A stretch of 32,000 nt of DNA from Synechocystis sp. PCC 6803 substr. PCC-P. Its GTDB lineage: Bacteria > Cyanobacteriota > Cyanobacteriia > Cyanobacteriales > Microcystaceae. The DNA lies in assembly GCF_000284455.1 (NCBI RefSeq), contig NC_017039.1:1440001-1472000 (forward strand), written 5' to 3'. The notes beneath the pieces were generated by a model that worked only from the letters and a program-made list of their open reading frames with translations, ran no database searches and had not been told where the DNA came from. Made by a program: the position numbers and the translations under genes. Shown in pieces: positions 1-7,087 of the stretch. The stretch's first letter is position 1. Each line of letters opens with the position of its first letter.

Positions 1-29
1 CTAACCAACTAAGGCCTAGCAAGACTTTT

Positions 30-3000
30 CTAGAGGCGATCAAGCATAGTTTTCAGTTCTCCCTGCACCCTTTCGTAGCTGGCCGCTAAGGTCGGGAAAT
101 GCCCTGGGTCCATGGCCCGGGAGTCCCGTTGGCGGGTCAGATTTTCCAAAGTTTTAGCCTGTTGTGCCAGGAGTACCGCCCCTAAATTAGCACTGCTAGA
201 ACCCAATGTATGGGCGGCCGAACTCAAATTTCCCCAATCTTGATTGGCGATCGCCAGTTTGATCCGTTGCAATAGTTCCGGCGCCGTTTGGCAATAGATA
301 TCGATAATCTCCCGAAGAATTAACTGACCATTCTCTCGATCCAAGTCCCGTAGAGAACAGATTATGTCTTGGTCAATGGGGGGTAAAGTTGTGCCAGCCG
401 GATCTTCTGGGCAGGGACTAGAAGGGGATGGTTTAGCCTCAAAAGCACTAACACAGGAAACAGTAGCCATCCGATCTTGGCTGGTGGACTGGAGCGCAGT
501 GGCGGCCACTTGTAGGGCCTGTTGTAAGGCTTCTAGGCGAATGGGCTTACTGACATAATCATTCATGCCGCTGGCCAAACACCTTTCCCGATCGCCTTCC
601 ATGGAATAGGCTGTCACCGCAATGATCCAAGGCCTTTCACTCCGGCCCTGGGACCGTCGAATATGCTCCGTGGCGGTTAAACCGTCCATTTCTGGCATTT
701 CCACATCCATCAACACCACGTCATAATCACCTTTTGCCAAAGCCGATAAAGCTTCTTGACCGTTATTGACCACATCCACTGGGTACCCCAACTTTTTCAG
801 TAAAAGCTTAGCTACCTGCTGATTGATTAGGTTATCCTCCGCCAACAAAATAGTTAAATTAGAGGAGGAATAGGGAAACAAAGGCCCGCTAATTGCCTCC
901 GTAGACACCAGGGTCGGGGGCTCAGTTTGCCCCAACACGTCCACCAAGGTATTTTCAAGCTCATCGGGGTTAATGGGACTCTTGATCCAGGCTTGCACCG
1001 GTGGTTTGTCGCCGCTGTAGCGCTCCCCTGGGGATAGATAAATATCCGTGGCTACTAACACTGGAATGTCCTGTTCCGTAGGGGCCCAGGTTGTAATTTT
1101 CCCTAAGTCAAAATCGGTGAACTGCTTTCCCCGGCCCTCTGGATAGGGGCAATGGAGGATGAGGGCACCATAGTTTTTTTGAGTTAATCTGCTTTTGAGA
1201 TCTTCCCCTAGTTTAGCGGGGGAGGAAAAGGTAATTTGCTCCGCTTGGAGACGCCAACTGGCCAAAAGATTTCGCATTCTGGTGCCCCGGCCCTCATCGT
1301 AATCTGCCACTAACACTGATCGCCCAATGAAGAGGGAGTGGCGCAAATTATGGACAGAATAGGCACAACTGGGCAGCACCGTTAAATTGACTGTGAAATA
1401 GAAAGTCGAACCCTCGATCGTCGGTTGCCCTATCTGCCAAAGTTCAGGGGGATTTCCCACCACACAGCCATTACTTTCAGCCCAGATGGTGCCCCCCATC
1501 AAAGCAGTCAACCGCACACAAATGGCCAAGCCTAACCCAGTGCCGCCAAAGCGACGGGTAATGGAAGAATTGCCCTGGCTAAAGGCCTGGAACAAAGCCT
1601 GTTGTTGGTTAGGAGCAATGCCAATGCCCGTATCCTGCACCGCAAAACAGATTTGATATTCCCCCTTAGCTGCGTCGTGGTCCACCACTTCCACCGTCAC
1701 CTTGACCTGTCCTGCCTCGGTGAATTTGACCGCATTGCTGAGGAGATTAACCAAAATTTGCCTGAGGCGAGTCACATCCCCCTGGAGGTTGGGGGGAATG
1801 GGGGTGAGAAAACGTCGGATCAGAGTGAGGGATTTTTGCCGGGCGCTCGGCACCACCACGTCCAAGGCTTCCTCCAGGCATTGCCCCAAATCAAAGGGAT
1901 ACACTTCCAGGTCTAATTTGCCGGCCTCAATCTTGGAAAAATCTAAAATATCGTTAATTAAGGTGAGCAGGGTTTCCCCGCTGTTGCGGATGGTTTGGGC
2001 GAAATATTTTTGTTGAGTGGTTAGGTCCGTGTCTAGTAATAATCCGGTCATGCCGATGATGGCATTCATGGGGGTGCGAATTTCGTGGCTCATGGTGGCC
2101 AAAAATTCACTTTTAGACCGATTAGCTGCCTCCGCCGCCGTGGTGGCCGCCACCAATTCCTGATTTTGTTCGGCCAATTGTTGCCGCATGCGCCGTTCCA
2201 TTTCCAGGGACTGTCCCTGAATCATTTCCACCTGTTTACGTTGGCTGATGTCCCGGTAAAGCCAAAAATGACCCTGGGAGCTATCCCCCAACATGATCGG
2301 CACATAATCTCGCTCAAAAAAGCGCCCATCCTCTAGGGCAAGTTCCACTTTTAGCAGGGGTTCCGGGGACTCGATCGCCAAAAAGTTGTGGGTTACCCCC
2401 TGGCCATGGGATATCAAGCCATTAATGCGGGGGGCGATCGCCGTTAAATTTTTGCCCAGCAGAAGGTCGGCGGGAAAACCCAGATTAAACAGCCGGGCAA
2501 ATTCGGGATTGACCACCACAATGGTGCCCTGGGCGTCGGTCATCAACACCCCTGCTTGCATATTTTGCACCAGGATACCCAGGCGGGTGGAAGTACAGGC
2601 CAGGGCTTCGGCGGTCCTGGCCTGTTCCAGGAGAGTGTGGTGTAGATTATCCCTGGTTTGTTTCAGTTCCAGGTGGGTTTTTACCCTAGCCAACAGTTCC
2701 GGCGGGCTAAAGGGTTTGGTGACATAGTCCACTGCCCCCTTGGCAAAGGCTTGCAGCAAATCTTGTTTTTCGTTGCTAGCAGTGAGAAAAATTACCGGAA
2801 TATCCCTGGTTTGGGGATCTTGTTTAAGGCGATCGCACACCTCCAGCCCATCCATGCCGGGCATCATCAAATCCAGCAGAATGAGATCCGGTTGGGCCTG
2901 GGTCACCCGTTGCAAAGCTTCCGGCCCGGAGGTCACAAAAGTAGTGCTGTAACCTTCCCCTTCCAACAGTTCCGAAATCACATAAATATTCTCTTTTACG

Positions 3001-3074
3001 TCATCCACCACCAGAATGAGAAAACTCTCCGGCTCAAAAGTAGCAATGGGTGGGTGGGGCTGGGATGGGGACAT
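30..3074 (-). CDS. Hybrid sensor histidine kinase / response regulator (REC-PAS-HisKA-HATPase-pseudoREC-REC-HPt)
   Basis: This lies within ORF 30..3251 (-). Motifs read in the translation, N to C: a receiver (LILVVDD ... [14 protein letters not shown] ... TKP); a PAS-like segment; the H-box SHEIRTPMN; ATPase boxes ([25 protein letters not shown]); a REC-like stretch whose acceptor position reads ALILHCP (His instead of Asp); a canonical receiver (ILLAEDN ... [14 protein letters not shown] ... SKP); and a C-terminal HPt motif ([14 protein letters not shown]). I set the start at the in-frame ATG at 3074 (Met60 of the track ORF). The 3251 start would overlap the divergent gene at 3143 by 109 nt and adds only a Pro-rich low-complexity extension. 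Confidence 0.9.
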   Translation of the reverse strand: MSPSQPHPPIATFEPESFLILVVDDVKENIYVISELLEGEGYSTTFVTSGPEALQRVTQAQPDLILLDLMMPGMDGLEVCDRLKQDPQTRDIPVIFLTASNEKQDLLQAFAKGAVDYVTKPFSPPELLARVKTHLELKQTRDNLHHTLLEQARTAEALACTSTRLGILVQNMQAGVLMTDAQGTIVVVNPEFARLFNLGFPADLLLGKNLTAIAPRINGLISHGQGVTHNFLAIESPEPLLKVELALEDGRFFERDYVPIMLGDSSQGHFWLYRDISQRKQVEMIQGQSLEMERRMRQQLAEQNQELVAATTAAEAANRSKSEFLATMSHEIRTPMNAIIGMTGLLLDTDLTTQQKYFAQTIRNSGETLLTLINDILDFSKIEAGKLDLEVYPFDLGQCLEEALDVVVPSARQKSLTLIRRFLTPIPPNLQGDVTRLRQILVNLLSNAVKFTEAGQVKVTVEVVDHDAAKGEYQICFAVQDTGIGIAPNQQQALFQAFSQGNSSITRRFGGTGLGLAICVRLTALMGGTIWAESNGCVVGNPPELWQIGQPTIEGSTFYFTVNLTVLPSCAYSVHNLRHSLFIGRSVLVADYDEGRGTRMRNLLASWRLQAEQITFSSPAKLGEDLKSRLTQKNYGALILHCPYPEGRGKQFTDFDLGKITTWAPTEQDIPVLVATDIYLSPGERYSGDKPPVQAWIKSPINPDELENTLVDVLGQTEPPTLVSTEAISGPLFPYSSSNLTILLAEDNLINQQVAKLLLKKLGYPVDVVNNGQEALSALAKGDYDVVLMDVEMPEMDGLTATEHIRRSQGRSERPWIIAVTAYSMEGDRERCLASGMNDYVSKPIRLEALQQALQVAATALQSTSQDRMATVSCVSAFEAKPSPSSPCPEDPAGTTLPPIDQDIICSLRDLDRENGQLILREIIDIYCQTAPELLQRIKLAIANQDWGNLSSAAHTLGSSSANLGAVLLAQQAKTLENLTRQRDSRAMDPGHFPTLAASYERVQGELKTMLDRL
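247..254. repeat. HIP1 octamer GCGATCGC (exemplar; 31 perfect copies counted by eye across the window)
   Basis: Perfect copies start at 247, 2444, 2829, 3353, 4239, 4771, 5158, 7928, 9411, 10306, 10657, 11948, 12205, 15703, 16120, 16386, 16851, 17223, 18618, 19096, 20071, 20366, 20822, 21934, 23705, 24322, 26032, 27603, 30121, 30763 and 31292. Many 7/8 variants are also present. Confidence 0.9.
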
Positions 3075-3092
3075 TACAAATTGGCCCGTTGG

Positions 3093-3125
3093 TGTTTTGA
3101 TGATGTTTTGACTGTGTTGATGAGG
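3093..3125. repeat. Three phased ~11-bp direct repeats (TGTTTTGATGA / TGTTTTGACTG / TGTTGATGAGG) in the divergent intergenic region
   Basis: Read directly from the sequence. The units start at 3093, 3104 and 3115, roughly one helical turn apart, and lie immediately upstream of the ATG at 3143. Confidence 0.5.
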
Positions 3126-3142
3126 AGCCAACTGAGGAAAGG

Positions 3143-4420
3143 ATGGAAGAGTTTGCAGTGGTGATAATTGGGGCGGGGCCGGCCGGGGGCCAATGTGCCC
3201 GACAGTTGGCCCAACAAGGTGTCCGAGTCCTGCTAGTGGAGCAACATTCAAATTTTAGCCAAAATAATTACTCCAGCGCGGCTAGTCCTTTGGAAACCAT
3301 GGCATTGTTCGATCTGCCCCCGGGGGTGGTGGCCCGTTATTGGCGCAATTTGGCGATCGCCGCCACGGAAAAGGAACAAATATGGTACAGCGATCAACCC
3401 CGGGGTGTGGTGTTCGATTTTGCTAAATTGCGACAATTTTTAGCGGATACGGTCACGAAAGCAGGGGGGCAAGTGTGGTTGGGGCACCGCTTTTGGGGTT
3501 ACCAGCAAGTTGGTGATGGTTTGGAGGTTACCCTGCGGCGATCTAGTAAAAATTCCCTAAGTAGTGACTCAGTGGAGAAAGTCGAAAAAGTTACAGTAAA
3601 AACTCAGGTACTCATTGATGCAACGGGGTCAAAACGGGCAGTGATTAATTGTGGGCAACCCAAAGCGACGGATAACAACCAATATTATCGGGGCATTGGT
3701 ACGGAATATTTGATTACAGTAGATGAAACCACCCACCAACGTTTTGCGGATACCCTAGTTTTTTTCCTCGGTTACCGTTGGAGTCCCCAGGGTTATTCCT
3801 GGATTTTTCCCATGGATAATCACCAGTTAAAGGTAGGGACAGCAATTTTTGCCGGGCAACACCGTTATTTGGGCGAATTGAAGCCGCTCCGTTCCTACAC
3901 TGAAGCTATTATCCGGGATTATTTAAAACTGGAAAAATCCCAATACCATCTGGAGGAAATTCACGGCTCTGTGCTGGACTATGCCGTTAACCAGGGGGAT
4001 ACATACCATCGGGGCTCCGTGCTGGCGATCGGTGATGCGGTATCAACGGTGAACTTTTTAGGGGGGGAAGGCATCCGCCATGGTATGCAGGGAGCCAATA
4101 TTGCCGTTCCTTTTGTGGCGGATTATCTCCGGGGTCATGTACAAGCTTTTGAAAAATATGAACAGGCCATGAAAGCCCATTTTGCTGAACCCTGGCAACG
4201 GACAGAAAAATTAAGCCAACGGGTTTACCTCGAATTCGGCGATCGCCAGATTGATTTGGGGGTGACCTACTTGAGTTACCTCCGCTATGATGACGTGCTG
4301 GATCTCCTTTTCCATTACCGATTTGATAGGATCTATGGGGGCATTACTCCCCTGTTGCTCAAAAAAGTTGCCCAATTTAGCCAGCAGTGCCGCCAATGGC
4401 TCAGAAAACTCTCACCATGA
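3143..4420 (+). CDS. FAD-dependent oxidoreductase, geranylgeranyl-reductase/UbiH-like family
   Basis: A 425-aa ORF with an N-terminal Rossmann dinucleotide motif (VVIIGAGPAGGQCARQLAQQGVRVLLVEQ) and a second FAD motif (AIGDAVSTVNFLGGEGIRHGMQGA). An SD-like GAGGAAAGG sits directly upstream of the ATG. Confidence 0.75.
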   Translation: MEEFAVVIIGAGPAGGQCARQLAQQGVRVLLVEQHSNFSQNNYSSAASPLETMALFDLPPGVVARYWRNLAIAATEKEQIWYSDQPRGVVFDFAKLRQFLADTVTKAGGQVWLGHRFWGYQQVGDGLEVTLRRSSKNSLSSDSVEKVEKVTVKTQVLIDATGSKRAVINCGQPKATDNNQYYRGIGTEYLITVDETTHQRFADTLVFFLGYRWSPQGYSWIFPMDNHQLKVGTAIFAGQHRYLGELKPLRSYTEAIIRDYLKLEKSQYHLEEIHGSVLDYAVNQGDTYHRGSVLAIGDAVSTVNFLGGEGIRHGMQGANIAVPFVADYLRGHVQAFEKYEQAMKAHFAEPWQRTEKLSQRVYLEFGDRQIDLGVTYLSYLRYDDVLDLLFHYRFDRIYGGITPLLLKKVAQFSQQCRQWLRKLSP

Positions 4421-4452
4421 TTAGAGCCAATAAAACCAATTATCCCTAAACG

Positions 4453-4863
4453 ATGAAGGTTAAAGTAATCCTCAAAATCTTAGAACGGGATGGTTGGTAC
4501 GTAGCTCGAATACGGGGAAGTCATCGGCAATTGAAGCACCCCCACAAGGCAGGTTTGGTAACTGTACTGGGCAAACCCAGTGACGAATTAGCCCCTGGGA
4601 CACTAGCCAGTATTCTCAAGCAATCTTCTCAAGCAATCAGGTATTACTTTATGAAGTATTTAGTCATCATTGAAACGACAACAACGGGATTTTCCGCCTA
4701 TTCTCCCGATTTACCAGGATGTGTGGCAACAGGAAAAACGAAGCAAGAAGTTGAACAAAATATGTCGGAGGCGATCGCCTTTCACTTGGAGGGAATGCGT
4801 TTAGAAGGATTAACTATCCCAGAGCCAACTTCCTTTTCTGCCTACGTAACAGTTGCGGCTTAA
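4453..4863 (+). CDS. hicA: Fused HicA toxin - HicB antitoxin open reading frame (136 aa)
   Basis: The N-terminal ~60 aa are HicA-like (LERDGWYVARIRGSHRQLKHPHKAGLVTV ... LASILKQ, with the GSH catalytic-His motif intact). The C-terminal 70 aa are HicB/UPF0150-like (MKYLVIIETTTTGFSAYSPDLPGCVATGKTKQEVEQNMSEAIAFHLEG). The two parts are in one frame only because of the 13-bp duplication at 4613..4638. Confidence 0.85.
   Translation: MKVKVILKILERDGWYVARIRGSHRQLKHPHKAGLVTVLGKPSDELAPGTLASILKQSSQAIRYYFMKYLVIIETTTTGFSAYSPDLPGCVATGKTKQEVEQNMSEAIAFHLEGMRLEGLTIPEPTSFSAYVTVAA
4613..4638 (+). repeat. Perfect 13-bp tandem duplication (TTCTCAAGCAATC x2) at the 3' end of hicA
   Basis: Read directly from the sequence. 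Copy 1 is 4613..4625 and copy 2 is 4626..4638, and they are identical. Removing one copy gives ...ILKQSGITL-TGA, with the stop at 4652..4654 of the present numbering. Confidence 0.95.
4651..4863 (+). CDS. hicB: HicB-family antitoxin (UPF0150 fold), possible independent initiation inside the fused ORF
   Basis: An in-frame ATG at 4651 opens a typical 70-aa HicB sequence. In the duplication-free reconstruction this ATG overlaps the hicA stop as ATGA, the classic toxin-antitoxin coupling. Confidence 0.7.
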   Translation: MKYLVIIETTTTGFSAYSPDLPGCVATGKTKQEVEQNMSEAIAFHLEGMRLEGLTIPEPTSFSAYVTVAA

Positions 4864-4901
4864 TTTTCCCCTCTTCACACCAAAATCATTCCCTGTTGTC
4901 A

Positions 4902-5867
4902 ATGGCTCAAAAATCTTCGTCGTTTTTTCCCTATTTAATTGCCGGACTTTGCGCCCTGTTGGGGGCCTGTAGCGGCAACCAAGCATTGCAGGATCGTTTT
5001 GCCGCCAATCCTTCCCTGGGTAGTTCCCCCAGTCCCACCACCACTGTTTCCCCCACTCCGACCCCAGAAACTACGGAGCCGGATACCCCCACCACACCGG
5101 AACCTACCCCCACGGCCACCTTTTCCACTGGCACTTTTAGCGATCTAGACAAAGTAGGCGATCGCCAAAGGGAAGAAATTGAGGATTTAGCTCAACTAGA
5201 CATTGTGCAAGCCAAAACAAGTCAGGAATTTGCGCCCCAAAGTAACATCAGTCGGGGAGAATTTGCCCGTTGGTTATTTCAGGCCAATAACGTCTTTTTT
5301 GCTAACCAGCCCAGTAAACAAATCCGCCCCGCTCCCAGTAACGCCACCCCTCTTTTCACCGACGTTCCCCCCACCCATCCCGACTTTGCTCAAATTCAAG
5401 GTTTAGCCGACGCCGGCTTAATCCCCTCTAGCCTCACCAACGACCCCACTGCTAGTCAGTTTCGCCCCGATGCGCCCCTAACCAGGGAAGATTTAGTCCG
5501 TTGGAAAGTGCCCCTAGATCAACGCCGAGCCCTGCCCAATGCGAGCCTGGAAAATATCAAAGAAACCTGGGGTTTTCAGGACGCGGCCAAAATCAATCCC
5601 AACATTTGGCCCGCCCTAGCCGCCGACTTCCAAAACGGCGATCAAGCCAACCTGAAAAGAGTGTTTGGTTACATCACTATCTTTCAACCCCAGCGTCCCG
5701 TAACTAGGGGAGAAGCGGCCTCTGCCCTCTGGTTTTTAGGAGTCCAAACCGACGGCTTAAGTGCGAAAGATGTAATCAATGCTCCCGCATCCCCATCCCC
5801 CGGAGTTGAGCCCACTGTTACTCCAGATACTGTTAATCCGGATACTCAAGGTAATTCACCTAATTAA
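4902..5867 (+). CDS. SLH-domain lipoprotein with Pro/Thr-rich linker
   Basis: The track ORF starts at TTG 4896; the ATG at 4902 is more plausible. It has a signal peptide with a lipobox (LLGAC) and a PT-rich linker (SPSPTTTVSPTPTPETTEPDTPTTPEPTPT). It also has SLH-like repeats (FSDLDKV...ISRGEFARWL; FTDVPPTHPDFAQIQGLADAGLI...LTREDLVRW; FQDAAKI...VTRGEAASAL). Confidence 0.75.
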   Translation: MAQKSSSFFPYLIAGLCALLGACSGNQALQDRFAANPSLGSSPSPTTTVSPTPTPETTEPDTPTTPEPTPTATFSTGTFSDLDKVGDRQREEIEDLAQLDIVQAKTSQEFAPQSNISRGEFARWLFQANNVFFANQPSKQIRPAPSNATPLFTDVPPTHPDFAQIQGLADAGLIPSSLTNDPTASQFRPDAPLTREDLVRWKVPLDQRRALPNASLENIKETWGFQDAAKINPNIWPALAADFQNGDQANLKRVFGYITIFQPQRPVTRGEAASALWFLGVQTDGLSAKDVINAPASPSPGVEPTVTPDTVNPDTQGNSPN

Positions 5868-5893
5868 TTAAGAGCTAAAATCGCTCACACTGG

Positions 5894-5934
5894 TTAATTG
5901 AACTTAAATTTGACTAAATTTAACTAGCTTTGAC
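5894..5934. repeat. Four phased 10-11-bp AT-rich direct repeats (TTAATTGAAC / TTAAATTTGAC / TAAATTTAAC / TAGCTTTGAC)
   Basis: Read directly from the sequence, in the spacer between the SLH gene stop (5867) and cphB, about 190 nt upstream of the cphB ATG. Confidence 0.45.
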
Positions 5935-6124
5935 CATGGCAGTAACCATGGGTTAAACCTATCCAACTAATAATTGTAATTTCGTCGGGGCATTCAACGC
6001 CGATTAAGTCGCCCCAATAGTTGTCAAACTGCCCACAAAAACTCTTGGCATGGACTTTTTTTCTTTGTCCGGTCAAGATAATATTAGTCTGCTGATCAGA
6101 GAACTGAACCCCTAAGAGTTGACA

Positions 6125-6940
6125 ATGCCCCTATCCTCCCAACCGGCCATCTTAATTATTGGTGGTGCAGAAGATAAAGTTCACGGCCGTGAAATTTTGC
6201 AAACCTTTTGGTCGCGTTCCGGTGGCAACGACGCCATTATTGGCATCATTCCATCTGCATCTCGGGAGCCCCTACTGATTGGGGAGAGATATCAAACCAT
6301 CTTTAGCGACATGGGGGTCAAGGAGTTAAAAGTCTTGGACATCCGTGACCGTGCCCAGGGGGATGACAGTGGCTACCGATTGTTTGTGGAACAGTGTACA
6401 GGTATTTTCATGACCGGGGGGGATCAATTGCGTCTCTGTGGCCTGTTGGCGGACACTCCCCTAATGGACCGCATTCGTCAGCGGGTACATAACGGGGAAA
6501 TAAGCTTAGCGGGCACCAGTGCGGGGGCGGCAGTAATGGGGCATCACATGATCGCCGGGGGCAGTAGCGGTGAATGGCCCAATCGAGCGCTGGTGGATAT
6601 GGCGGTGGGGCTGGGCATTGTGCCGGAAATTGTGGTGGATCAGCACTTTCACAATCGTAATCGCATGGCCCGGCTGTTGAGTGCCATCTCTACCCATCCT
6701 GAGCTGCTGGGTTTGGGTATTGATGAAGATACCTGCGCCATGTTTGAGCGGGACGGTTCCGTTAAGGTAATTGGCCAAGGCACAGTCTCCTTTGTCGATG
6801 CCAGGGACATGAGCTACACTAACGCCGCTTTGGTGGGGGCCAATGCCCCATTGAGTCTCCATAATTTGCGGCTCAATATCCTTGTCCATGGGGAGGTTTA
6901 TCATCAGGTAAAACAGCGGGCCTTTCCCCGGGTAACCTAG
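6125..6940 (+). CDS. cphB: Cyanophycinase (peptidase S51)
   Basis: The translation MPLSSQPAILIIGGAEDKVHG... contains the GTSAGAA serine-nucleophile motif. Its position directly upstream of cphA also fits. The track ORF starts at TTG 6119; ATG 6125 gives 271 aa, the size I recall for Synechocystis CphB. Confidence 0.93.
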   Translation: MPLSSQPAILIIGGAEDKVHGREILQTFWSRSGGNDAIIGIIPSASREPLLIGERYQTIFSDMGVKELKVLDIRDRAQGDDSGYRLFVEQCTGIFMTGGDQLRLCGLLADTPLMDRIRQRVHNGEISLAGTSAGAAVMGHHMIAGGSSGEWPNRALVDMAVGLGIVPEIVVDQHFHNRNRMARLLSAISTHPELLGLGIDEDTCAMFERDGSVKVIGQGTVSFVDARDMSYTNAALVGANAPLSLHNLRLNILVHGEVYHQVKQRAFPRVT

Positions 6941-7087
6941 CCATGACCCAAGGCAGGTAAGGTTCCCTGACCCTGGGGGCTGACTCGGATCAATTGTTCA
7001 CAGCGAACAGTTTCAGTCAGAGGCCTAGCTTGAGAATGATAGTCGGCGTGTTGCGCTTCTTGCATTGGTTCTTGACTGACACAGATC

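Noticed and set aside
364-3164. Plus-strand ORFs inside the kinase gene (364..558, 1602..1916, 1702..2016, 2085..2336, 2386..2727, 2658..3164, 2740..2952).
   Set aside because: All lie antisense within a long ORF that has strong domain support. Their translations are Arg/Ser/Cys/Trp-rich with no recognisable motifs, so they are typical shadow ORFs.
3075-3251. Long N-terminal extension of the kinase ORF (start at 3251, MNVAPLAGLGHLVGPTVGHIGPRPAPPQL...).
   Set aside because: It would overlap the divergent FAD-oxidoreductase gene by 109 nt. It is Pro-rich and low complexity, and it would code through the phased repeats at 3093..3125. The in-frame ATG at 3074 immediately precedes the first receiver domain.
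4868-4882. Yfr1-like sRNA motif (CCCCTCTTCACACC) in the hicB-SLH spacer.
   Set aside because: The conserved Yfr1 core is ACUCCUCACAC. Here the sequence is CUCUUCACAC, which mismatches, and I could not find the flanking stem-loops.
4931-5707. ORFs overlapping the SLH gene (4931..5152 minus; 4939..5148, 5203..5406 and 5501..5707 plus).
   Set aside because: They are generated by the low-complexity Pro/Thr-coding stretch and alternative frames. The SLH frame has a signal peptide, a lipobox and SLH repeats.
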